Shown piece by piece: positions 54,588 to 64,000 of a stretch of DNA of 64,000 bases (the first letter of the stretch is position 1; the number at the start of each line of letters is the position of its first letter). The notes beneath the pieces are model-generated. The model did not search any database. It worked only from the letters and a program-made list of their open reading frames with translations, and was not told where the DNA came from. This stretch comes from Saprospirales bacterium. GTDB lineage: Bacteria; Bacteroidota; Bacteroidia; Chitinophagales; UBA8649. The stretch covers positions 429 through 64,428 of the forward strand of contig PAPS01000015.1 in the NCBI GenBank assembly GCA_002708985.1. The letters run 5' to 3'. The translations under genes and the position numbers were made by a program.

Positions 54588-57500
54588 TTATTGATTAATA
54601 ATATTAAAGTAAGCTTCTCCGCCCTCAGTATCCGAAATAACTAATTGATAAAATCCAGAGGTTAACGCAGTATTAAGAACTATATTTCTTCTATTGATAT
54701 AGGACGATTTCCAAACATTTTTACCGTCCACACTGTAAATGTTAACGGTTACATTTTTGTAGATTGCTCCTAAGTCAACATTGAGTTGATTGTTAAACGT
54801 GTTGGGATAGACTATTGGGACAGAGTTCATAGTTGAATGAATTAAACCCAACCCTTCGATTTGGTATTGTATACATCTACTCGTATCCCTACAGTTATCA
54901 ATCGTAATTTCTACCGCATAATTACCATCGTTAGGTGGTTGATAAGTCTGTGCGTTAGCATTGGGTATGGGACTAAAACCATTGTCACAACTGTACCATT
55001 GATAAACCGCGCCGTTTTGACTTGCCCCAATGGTGAAATCATCAATCATTACAATTGCGGAATCTACAACTTGTACATCCAAGACTAATCGAACTAAACT
55101 ATCACAACCACTATTACTAGTTAAAGCGTAAACCACTGTATCTACTGATTGCCCATAGATAACACCATCTATCCATTGATAGCTTCCGCATGCCGTCACT
55201 GAATCATCAACTGACGATGAATACGAAATATTTAAATCCAACTCTACTGTTGAATCGCAGCCCGAAGATGATTGTGTAGTATAGACATATATACCAGACT
55301 GATTATAGGTAGTACCATTCCATTCAAAACTATCGCATGCATTGACAAAATCATTGACTGTAATTGAGTTAGTAATAGTCAAATCAAGAATAAAGATAAA
55401 ATCACATCCATTTGTTTGTGGAAGAGTATCTCGGTAGGTTCCTGAAGAGGTATATGTTAATCCGGTCACATTCCAAGTATAACTATTGCAAGAATTTATA
55501 ACTTCTGAATATGTGTTATTAACTACATCACATGGAGTGGTTATGGCAGGGACTGCAATGAAGGAACTAGTATCTGACGAATCACAAACTGTTGCTATTG
55601 AAAATGTGTAGGTAGTGTTTTCTGACAATCCTGTCACATTTGCGGGAGAAGTAGTAGGATTTGGCAATAACGTATCAGTTGTTAAACCATCGCTGTATAA
55701 AAGCAAGTATGATAAACTGCTCACATTATTATCCGTGAAAAATACATTAGCCGAGTTGGGTCCTGAAGCGGTAGCCCCAACTTGTGAGGGCGGAAGACAA
55801 GTTGGGATATCCTCCACAGCAACATCATCTATATACAGATAATAACCATCCAACCCTCCACTATCAATGTGAAATGCAAGGTAAACGTTCCCGCTATAGT
55901 TAGATAAGTCAATGGTGTTTGTTTCATATGTAGTGTTGCTGTAAGTGGTATTGACTAATAATGTATCTGTAAAATCGGAAGCACTGTTACCTGTTGTGGA
56001 TAGTAAAACCTCAAAATCCTGAGGCTCAATCGATGACATCACTCGATAAGAATAGGTCAATTGCTGATTCCCTGTTAAAGAAATATGAGGTGTTATAAGG
56101 TAGTCATCATTATCCCCTGAATTATAATCTGTGTGAATCGTAGCTGAGTTTGTACCACTTTGAGAATAGAGGGAAGAGGTATTCAATGTCCAGGCATCCG
56201 TCGTACCGCCATTAATCGCAGACCAGCACGAGGGTAATCCCGAGCTAACCCCATCGAAGTCTTCAATAAAAGGAACTCCAATTACATCACAGAGAGTTGT
56301 GCTGAGTGTATTGACCGATGCACTTGTGTCATTCACACTACAAATAGCCCGAACATCAATAAGGTATTCCGTATTAGGCGTTAAACCTGTCAAACTTAAA
56401 GGAGACGTCACGGGGTTTGGACTTACAGTGTCTATTAAAAATCCATTTCCGTAGGTAATAAAATAGCCAAGTGTTGTCGGGTTAGCATCAGCAAAGCTTA
56501 CATCGATTTGCGTTGAAGAAATAGCGCTAACGCTTAGTGCACTTATAGGTAAACACGAGGGAGGAGGGCTACAACTTAAAGAATACTGAATCGGATCAAT
56601 AGAGAATGAACTATTGCAATCGATACTACCATCAGAGGTGACCCCCCATGATATAAATCCAGTGGTCGATTCAAAAGATAGGCCAGCAATATTGCCACTA
56701 TTACCGTAACCACTGTAGAGTAAGTTACCTGTGCCATTAAGTCCATCATATACTTCGAGTTCATCATAAGTATTTTCAACATTTCCGCTGATGAAATCTA
56801 CTGTGATGTAGTCCCCTACAGATAAAACTGTAAAGTTTTGCCATATAATAGGTCCCGTTGTGTAGCAGAAGTCTCCTGAGGAAGTACAATCTCCATTCGT
56901 TATTTCAGTAAAAGCAGAAGTCCAAGCACTAGTATCAGATGGACCACAAATGGCTCGAATAAAAACATCGTAAGAAGTCAAGGGGGATAAATTTGATAAA
57001 GTTAGACTTGGTGTGGTGGTAAAAATTCGATTCCCCAAATCAGGAGTTATACCTGACAAACCATATGATACTTCCCATTCATTTGCATTATTGGAATCAT
57101 ACCATGACAAATCAAAAGATGCCGAGGTAAGGTTTTGAATTGTTATTGAATCAGGGACTATACATGAAGGTGGTGGACTGCATGATAATCTGTATTCAAA
57201 GGGTGTTCCAACTATTGAACCATCCGAAACGATATAAAATGAAATAACTCCTGTTGTGGATTCATAAGGACCGCCAATTGTACCTCTTCCAGTTGCTAAA
57301 ATGTTCCCAGTGCCATTTAAGCCGTTAGTAATGTAGTAATCATCACAGCATGATTCCGTGGACCCTGCGTCGAAACTAATAGTGATATAATCGCTTGGAT
57401 TTGTTGCAATGAAATTTAGGACTGAATTAGAAAGCGTACTGTTATTGCTGTAGGTCAATGTACCCGTGGAATTACAATCTCCACTAGTTATTTGACTGAA

Positions 57501-58169
57501 AGCAGACGTCCAATCACTAGTATCAGATGGACCACAAATAGCTCGAATAAAAATATCGTAAGACGTTAAGGGGGATAAATTGGATAAACTCAAGCTTGGC
57601 GCGGTAGTAAAAAGTCGATTTCCCAAATCAGGTGTAATACCTGACAAGCCATACGACACCTCCCATTCATTGGCATTATTTACATCATACCATAACAGAT
57701 CAAAGGATGTAGAGGTAAGATTTAGAATTGTTATCGAATCTGGTACTAGACATGTAGGTGGCGGACTACATGTTATAGAATAAACTATTGGTTCAATAGA
57801 AGGTTCATTGCTACAATCCCTGCTGATGTCCGGAGTAACGCCCCATGATAAGACACCAGTAGTCGATTCAAAAGACAAACCAGCTATATCGCCGATATTA
57901 CCATAGCCGCTGTAAAGTAAGTTACCTGAGCCATTAAGTCCATCGTAAACTTCGAGTTCATCATATGTATTTTCAACATTTCCACTAATAAAATCAACGG
58001 TGATATAGTCCCCGCTTGAGACAACCGTAAAATTTTGCCAAACAACTGATCCTGTTGTATAACAAAAGGTGGCGTTGGAAACAGGGCACGGAGTCTGAGA
58101 TTTTACGCTTAACGTAGTAACTGTAATTGCGAGAGCAAGTAAAAGTTTAGTTTGGATTGATTGAATCAT
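54588..58169 (-). CDS. Large secreted multidomain protein (CUB-like, FN3 and choice-of-anchor-J-like domains) with T9SS type A C-terminal sorting domain
   Basis: The ATG at 58169 gives signal peptide MIQSIQTKLLLALAITVTTLSVKSQ; the track start at 58205 is also an ATG. The order is CUB-like/FN3/CUB-like/FN3/CUB-like/FN3, then a lectin-like module (FIEDFDG...PSCWSA...DDYLITPHISL...YIDDVAVE). Next come an FN3, three Cys-repeat modules, and a C-terminal Por-type tail (IVYPNTFNNQLNVDL...VNIYSVDGKNVW...GFYQLVISD). Confidence 0.85.
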   Translation of the reverse strand: MIQSIQTKLLLALAITVTTLSVKSQTPCPVSNATFCYTTGSVVWQNFTVVSSGDYITVDFISGNVENTYDELEVYDGLNGSGNLLYSGYGNIGDIAGLSFESTTGVLSWGVTPDISRDCSNEPSIEPIVYSITCSPPPTCLVPDSITILNLTSTSFDLLWYDVNNANEWEVSYGLSGITPDLGNRLFTTAPSLSLSNLSPLTSYDIFIRAICGPSDTSDWTSAFSQITSGDCNSTGTLTYSNNSTLSNSVLNFIATNPSDYITISFDAGSTESCCDDYYITNGLNGTGNILATGRGTIGGPYESTTGVISFYIVSDGSIVGTPFEYRLSCSPPPSCIVPDSITIQNLTSASFDLSWYDSNNANEWEVSYGLSGITPDLGNRIFTTTPSLTLSNLSPLTSYDVFIRAICGPSDTSAWTSAFTEITNGDCTSSGDFCYTTGPIIWQNFTVLSVGDYITVDFISGNVENTYDELEVYDGLNGTGNLLYSGYGNSGNIAGLSFESTTGFISWGVTSDGSIDCNSSFSIDPIQYSLSCSPPPSCLPISALSVSAISSTQIDVSFADANPTTLGYFITYGNGFLIDTVSPNPVTSPLSLTGLTPNTEYLIDVRAICSVNDTSASVNTLSTTLCDVIGVPFIEDFDGVSSGLPSCWSAINGGTTDAWTLNTSSLYSQSGTNSATIHTDYNSGDNDDYLITPHISLTGNQQLTYSYRVMSSIEPQDFEVLLSTTGNSASDFTDTLLVNTTYSNTTYETNTIDLSNYSGNVYLAFHIDSGGLDGYYLYIDDVAVEDIPTCLPPSQVGATASGPNSANVFFTDNNVSSLSYLLLYSDGLTTDTLLPNPTTSPANVTGLSENTTYTFSIATVCDSSDTSSFIAVPAITTPCDVVNNTYSEVINSCNSYTWNVTGLTYTSSGTYRDTLPQTNGCDFIFILDLTITNSITVNDFVNACDSFEWNGTTYNQSGIYVYTTQSSSGCDSTVELDLNISYSSSVDDSVTACGSYQWIDGVIYGQSVDTVVYALTSNSGCDSLVRLVLDVQVVDSAIVMIDDFTIGASQNGAVYQWYSCDNGFSPIPNANAQTYQPPNDGNYAVEITIDNCRDTSRCIQYQIEGLGLIHSTMNSVPIVYPNTFNNQLNVDLGAIYKNVTVNIYSVDGKNVWKSSYINRRNIVLNTALTSGFYQLVISDTEGGEAYFNIINQ
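55071..55532 (-). repeat. Three tandem ~50-aa Cys-motif modules (C-x-S-[YF]-x-W-x-G-x-x-Y-x-x-SG-x-Y ... GCD-x-x-x-x-L-x-L)
   Basis: The three modules are aa 892-1045 of the track ORF. Copy 1 is CNSYTWNVTGLTYTSSGTYRDTLPQTNGCDFIFILDLTI. Copy 2 is CDSFEWNGTTYNQSGIYVYTTQSSSGCDSTVELDLNI. Copy 3 is CGSYQWIDGVIYGQSVDTVVYALTSNSGCDSLVRLVLDV. Confidence 0.7.
56574..58067 (-). repeat. Recent in-gene duplications: FN3 copies offset by exactly 588 nt, CUB-like copies offset by ~1197 nt
   Basis: FN3 copies at 57477-57770 and 56889-57182 share 84 of 98 aa by hand count. CUB-like copies at 57771-58067 and 56574-56870 share long identical runs (YITVDFISGNVENTYDELEVYDGLNG). DNA similarity is visibly high, for example ggaccacaaata at 57529 versus ggaccacaaatg at 56941. 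Confidence 0.85.
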
Positions 58170-58362
58170 TTCTACTATTGTAGTACAAAGATACTCAAGA
58201 GCCATTCAATGATAAAAAATTGCAGCCTATTCTTTTCCGTTCAAGACTGTAACTGGCTGCCTCTGCCATTCTTCAAATTAGCCAATTGGGGTGTCAAACA
58301 AGATGTGTGTAACAGATACCACTCTTTCCAATAAAAGAAACTTAAAATAAATCATCTACCAT

Positions 58363-59580
58363 TTAATTACGGCAGGGCGGCGCAACTTGAGAGTAAAACT
58401 GTGTCTTTCCGCTTGGATGGCGACAAGTAAAACCACACCGGGAATATTCAATCGCATACTTTTTAGACGGGCTGGAATCAAAATAGACATACTCTTGCCC
58501 ACCCTTTAACTCGTGATTCAATCGGTGCTTCCCAATTTTTTCACCTTCATAAAACCATGTAATACGCCCTTGACTATCCACTGATTTGCGCATAATTTCT
58601 TTTCCCATTCGTCGATCGCCATAAGACTCGTATTCGTATGTCTGACTTGAAACACGATCGGACCGGTAAGAATTCCCTCGATCGCTTAGACGAAACAAGG
58701 CCAATTCTCCACCACAACCAAATCCTAAGTCAACAAAAATCAGTGGAGATTCATTAAAAGAGACTGGGAGCATTATGCATTCACTTAGTGACATGTAGCT
58801 CTCCCACGCAAAGGATTTAAATTTTGATGAGTTATAGTCGGTCTGCCGCTCCAAACTCAGTGATTGATAACGACCATTTTCCTCTTGAAAAAGAAAAATC
58901 TCACTGTAGTCTGGATACTCATATAAATTCACCACCACATAAACACCTTCATCAGTCGTATATCGATGTGCATGAGCAATATCACTCGCACTGATTCTTC
59001 TATCAAGTATCTCACCTACTTCTCGGCTTGTTAGCTTTTCTACTTCCATTGGTGAGGAAGTGTTTTCAAGAGGGCGGTAAGACGCCGCTAAAAGTCTGGT
59101 ATCGTCAAAGGAGCCATGATACCGCTTAATTAGCTCAAGATTAACATAGACGTCATAACCGCCTGACAAACCATTCATGCGAGCTTTTCCATTAGCTATC
59201 AAAAAAGCACCTGTTACCTCTCCATTCTGGCTATATCCATAGAGAGTCTGTTTAAAGAGCTCAGGAAACGCAAACCGAATCCCTTTTTGATCGATACTGT
59301 AGCTTATCCAAGAAACATAATAATCTTCGCCATCTTCTATCCCGTGTACATTATTCTCACCAAAAACGCTTTCGAAACGAGACTCATCAAAATTTCCGAG
59401 GTACATGGTTTTTGAGTTACCGGAAAAAATATCGATATCTGCTACGCTATAGCCTGATGTATTGGTTGTTTTTCCTGAGTTTTTATTGGGACTCTCTTCC
59501 TCCTTACTCTCGGCATCTTGATTGCAGGAACACACAACAAGTACAAGAAAAAATAAATGAATACGAAATGAATTCATCAT
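58363..59580 (-). CDS. Hypothetical lipoprotein with C-terminal three-Cys domain (paralogue of 7066..7476)
   Basis: 405 aa with lipobox LFFLVLVVCSCNQD. The C-terminal ~92 aa (YEYESYGDRRMGKEIM...EYVYFDSSPSKKYAIEYSRCGFTCRHPSGKTQFYSQVAPPCRN) align with the small protein at 7066..7476. It is co-directional with, and 193 nt upstream of, the T9SS cargo gene. Confidence 0.55.
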   Translation of the reverse strand: MMNSFRIHLFFLVLVVCSCNQDAESKEEESPNKNSGKTTNTSGYSVADIDIFSGNSKTMYLGNFDESRFESVFGENNVHGIEDGEDYYVSWISYSIDQKGIRFAFPELFKQTLYGYSQNGEVTGAFLIANGKARMNGLSGGYDVYVNLELIKRYHGSFDDTRLLAASYRPLENTSSPMEVEKLTSREVGEILDRRISASDIAHAHRYTTDEGVYVVVNLYEYPDYSEIFLFQEENGRYQSLSLERQTDYNSSKFKSFAWESYMSLSECIMLPVSFNESPLIFVDLGFGCGGELALFRLSDRGNSYRSDRVSSQTYEYESYGDRRMGKEIMRKSVDSQGRITWFYEGEKIGKHRLNHELKGGQEYVYFDSSPSKKYAIEYSRCGFTCRHPSGKTQFYSQVAPPCRN

Positions 59581-59732
59581 AGGATTTTTACTAAAAATAG
59601 TGCCTTATCTAGTAATAATCGAAGCCTCCATTTGGATAGATATAAACCTGCAGGTGAAATTTAATTTGTGTAGCATTTTATACCCTGCAAGACATCCCAA
59701 ACAATCCCACACTCCCACTCGTTGTATATATA

Positions 59733-59879
59733 ATGCATAAAAAGCCCTTTCTTCCCGAAAAAACCTGTCCTATATGTAATCGCCCCTTTGCTTGGCGTAA
59801 AAAATGGGAAAAGAATTGGGATAATGTCAAATACTGCAGTGAACGCTGTCGACGTAATTCCAAAAAATCCAAGGCATGA
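59733..59879 (+). CDS. DUF2256-like small zinc-ribbon protein (48 aa, below the ORF-track size cut-off)
   Basis: Manual translation gives MHKKPFLPEKTCPICNRPFAWRKKWEKNWDNVKYCSERCRRNSKKSKA. The pattern C-P-x-C-x-R-P-F-x-W-R-K-K-W...YCSERCRR matches my recollection of the DUF2256 family. It lies 49 nt upstream of argS on the same strand. Confidence 0.65.
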   Translation: MHKKPFLPEKTCPICNRPFAWRKKWEKNWDNVKYCSERCRRNSKKSKA

Positions 59880-59928
59880 AAGCGCCTGACGTTGTATACT
59901 TGCATACATATTGATGAGTAAATAGCCC

Positions 59929-61710
59929 ATGAAATCCTACGATGTATCGCATAAACTCAATCTTGCTTGTGTCCAAGCCATTGAAGAGGCTTTTGGCCAT
60001 GAGGTGAGCACCAACGATATCGTCCTTCAACACACTCGGAAAGACTTTGATGGGCAATACACCTTAGTTACTTTTCCCTTTACACGATACAGCAAGCTTT
60101 CACCAGAAGAAACGGGCAAGGCTATTGGAGAGGTATTACAAAAGAATTGCCCATTAGTCAAACAATACAATACGGTCAAAGGGTTTTTAAATCTTGAGAT
60201 AGAAGACCAGGTTTGGCTCGATGTCTTTACCACATTATATCAGGATAAAGAGTCCCTTTCATTGCCCTCAACCGGCAAAAAAGTGGTACTTGAATATTGT
60301 GGTCCGAACACCAATAAACCGCTACACCTAGGCCATATACGAAATATGCTCATAGGCTATGCGAGTGCTAACTTACTCCACCGCGTGGGACATCAGGTGC
60401 ATAAAGTAAATATTTATAATGATCGTGGTATTGCTATATGCAAATCAATGGTTGCCTGGAAACACTTTGGCGAAGGAAAGACCCCAGAAACCACGGGGAC
60501 TAAAGGCGATCATTTCGTTGGAGAATATTATGTCGCCTTTGATCAAGCCTACAAGAAAGAAGTAGAGGATTTAATTGCTAAGGGAAAAACCAAGGAAGAA
60601 GCAGAAAACAATGCACCCCTGCTCCTTGAGGCTCGAGCCATGCTCCGTCAATGGGAAAAGGGCAATCAAGAAACACTGGACCTTTGGAACAAGATGAATT
60701 GTTGGGTCTATGATGGCTTTGAACAAACTTTCTCAAGACTGGGAGTTGACTTTGAGAAACATTATAAAGAAAGCGATTATTACCAAGATGGCAAACGGCT
60801 TGTAGAAGAGGGCCTACAACAAGGGATATACACGCAACGAGAAGATGGGTCAATTTGGGTTGATTTAACGCAAGAAGGGCTTGATGAGAAACTTCTTTTA
60901 CGCGGCGACGGAACGTCGGTATACATTACCCAGGATATGGGTATCGCTGAAGCACGATACCAAGACTTTGCTATGGACCGCTCGGTGTATGTAGTGGCAA
61001 ACGAACAAGACTATCACTTCAAGGTCCTTAAACTAGTCCTCGAAAAACTTGGTAAACCGTATGGGAAGTCAATATTTCATCTTTCTTATGGCATGGTGGA
61101 TCTTCCTTCAGGCCGCATGAAATCAAGAGAAGGTACTGTGATCGACGCAGACGACCTATTGGACGAAATGGTCAAGACCGCCCGCCAACGTACAGAGGAG
61201 TTAGGAAAGGTGGATGACTTGACGCCTGCTGATGCCGAGACGTTGTATCATACTCTAGCACTTTCGGCACTCAAATACTTTATACTTAAAGTAAATCCAA
61301 AGAAGCGAGTCATCTTCAACCCTGAAGATTCGATTGACTTCCAGGGGCATACAGGGCCATTTATTCAATATACTTATGTACGAACACGGTCTGTGCTTCG
61401 TCTATATGAGGGCAAGAATTTTGAGCAAAGCCAGCATGCGCTGGATGAAACAGAGCGAGACATCATCATCTTACTTCATGACTACTGTGCAACCTTGCAG
61501 CGCGCAGCGGATGCGGATGACGTATCGGTTGTTGCAGAATATGCCTATCAAGTAGCACGTGCCTACAGCAAGCTATGGAGTGAAGTTAAAATTCTTAATG
61601 AAGAAGATGAAAATCTCGTTGCCTTTAGGGTAGCACTAAGCCGAGTTACCGGAGAGGTACTGGCTGACGCTATGAGCATCTTAGGCATTACCATGCCTGA
61701 GAGAATGTAA
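59929..61710 (+). CDS. argS: Arginine--tRNA ligase
   Basis: 593 aa. It has the class I HIGH-type motif PNTNKPLHLGHIRN, an ArgRS N-terminal additional domain, and a C-terminal DALR anticodon-binding region ending in ...GITMPERM. Confidence 0.93.
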   Translation: MKSYDVSHKLNLACVQAIEEAFGHEVSTNDIVLQHTRKDFDGQYTLVTFPFTRYSKLSPEETGKAIGEVLQKNCPLVKQYNTVKGFLNLEIEDQVWLDVFTTLYQDKESLSLPSTGKKVVLEYCGPNTNKPLHLGHIRNMLIGYASANLLHRVGHQVHKVNIYNDRGIAICKSMVAWKHFGEGKTPETTGTKGDHFVGEYYVAFDQAYKKEVEDLIAKGKTKEEAENNAPLLLEARAMLRQWEKGNQETLDLWNKMNCWVYDGFEQTFSRLGVDFEKHYKESDYYQDGKRLVEEGLQQGIYTQREDGSIWVDLTQEGLDEKLLLRGDGTSVYITQDMGIAEARYQDFAMDRSVYVVANEQDYHFKVLKLVLEKLGKPYGKSIFHLSYGMVDLPSGRMKSREGTVIDADDLLDEMVKTARQRTEELGKVDDLTPADAETLYHTLALSALKYFILKVNPKKRVIFNPEDSIDFQGHTGPFIQYTYVRTRSVLRLYEGKNFEQSQHALDETERDIIILLHDYCATLQRAADADDVSVVAEYAYQVARAYSKLWSEVKILNEEDENLVAFRVALSRVTGEVLADAMSILGITMPERM

Positions 61711-61744
61711 GATTTTTATTGTCTGATGTTGGCTAATGGATTAG

Positions 61745-62638
61745 CTACTTGAACTGAGGAGAAACCGTTTTATCCTTAGATCCTGGCGTGTAGACGTAAA
61801 ATCCTTCACCTGTCTTCGCCCCAAGCTTTCCAGCATTAACCATATTCACTAAGAGAGGACATGGTGCATATTTTCCTTGACCAAAGCCATCATACAACAC
61901 ATTGGCTATGCTTAACACAACATCAAGTCCAATAAAGTCTGCAAGATGTAAAGGTCCCATGGGATGGGCCATACCTAACATCATGACCGTATCTATCTCC
62001 TCAACACCAGCTACTCCTTCATGCAAGGTATAGATAGCCTCATTGATCATAGGAATAAGGATTCGATTGGCAACAAAACCAGGATAATCGTTTGCCTCCA
62101 CGGGCACCTTCCCTATGGCTTTGCTAAGGGCAAGAATAGTATCCATAGTCTCCTGAGAAGTGGCATATCCTCGAATGACTTCGATTAACTTCATCACAGG
62201 TACGGGATTCATAAAATGCATTCCTATAAATCGCTCCGGACGGTTGGTAAAGCTTGCCAATTTTGTGATGGAAATCGATGATGTATTCGAAGCGATGATT
62301 GCATCTTTTTTGGCCGCTGAATCCACCGCACTCAGCACGGCTTCTTTTACCGCCATATTTTCGCTTACTACCTCAATAATTACATCGGCTGTCGTTACAC
62401 CTTGTGCAATGTCTGTAGAGGTTATAATGCGCTGCAAGGCATTCTCCTTATCCTCTTCACTCAACTTTCCTTTGTTGATTTGACGATCCATATTTTTAGC
62501 AATGCGCGCCAGCGCTTTGTCTAAAGGACCTTGCTCTCTATCGATCATGGTAACACTATACCCTGATTGAGAAAAAACATGAGCGATTCCATTACCCATG
62601 GTACCCGCTCCGATTACGCTGATTTGCTTAATATTCAT
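61745..62638 (-). CDS. 3-hydroxybutyryl-CoA / short-chain 3-hydroxyacyl-CoA dehydrogenase
   Basis: 297 aa. The Rossmann motif is ISVIGAGTMGNGIA. Family motifs are NTSSISIT, HFMNPVPVMKLIEVI and GFVANRIL. Confidence 0.9.
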   Translation of the reverse strand: MNIKQISVIGAGTMGNGIAHVFSQSGYSVTMIDREQGPLDKALARIAKNMDRQINKGKLSEEDKENALQRIITSTDIAQGVTTADVIIEVVSENMAVKEAVLSAVDSAAKKDAIIASNTSSISITKLASFTNRPERFIGMHFMNPVPVMKLIEVIRGYATSQETMDTILALSKAIGKVPVEANDYPGFVANRILIPMINEAIYTLHEGVAGVEEIDTVMMLGMAHPMGPLHLADFIGLDVVLSIANVLYDGFGQGKYAPCPLLVNMVNAGKLGAKTGEGFYVYTPGSKDKTVSPQFK

Positions 62639-62732
62639 TTTGTGTATTTCTGGTTAAAAGTACGTCAGAGCATCAATAACCACCGAAGTTCTGCATTTTA
62701 AGTTGTTTATACATAGGTACCGAACAAGACAC

Positions 62733-64000
<1,268 letters not shown>

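Noticed and set aside
59661-60057. Three overlapping minus-strand ORFs (89, 75 and 76 aa) between the lipoprotein gene and argS
   Set aside because: They overlap each other, the DUF2256-like plus-strand ORF and the argS 5' end. Their composition is implausible, and the plus-strand genes explain the region.

Overview
This is a chromosomal segment from a Bacteroidota (Flavobacteriia-like) genome, about 40% GC and densely packed with genes. Most of it is core housekeeping. It carries a fadN-fadA-fadE-thioesterase beta-oxidation operon, dnaX, one E2 and two fused E1 alpha/beta 2-oxoacid dehydrogenases, and a tightly spaced co-directional run trxA-HAD-fabH-NTP_transf-tpiA-prmA ending in a 1489-aa unknown, with dnaE 94 bp upstream on the same strand. 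It also carries SulP plus a putative iota-carbonic anhydrase, phhA, gpx, rpiB, tatC, radA, comF, two SurA-like PPIases plus MoxR, rlmD, argS, hbd, panB and the dnaK 5' end. Two giant type IX secretion (T9SS) cargo proteins provide the accessory-like content: a 1754-aa SprB-repeat protein with a type B C-terminal sorting domain (CTD), and a ~1190-aa CUB/FN3 protein with a type A CTD. I found no tRNA, rRNA, CRISPR array, transposase, integrase or recognisable defence island. No clear novel multi-gene system is demonstrable from sequence alone. The best leads are: (1) an A10 slippery run in dnaX at the domain III/IV boundary, with stops in both alternative frames; (2) a SulP transporter paired with a COG4337/iota-CA-like gene; (3) an uncharacterised ~90-aa three-Cys domain shared by two secreted proteins 51 kb apart; (4) a lipoprotein plus polytopic patatin gene pair; (5) the 1489-aa unknown embedded in a housekeeping gene run. 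All family assignments come from motif recognition by eye. No database searches or computations were run.
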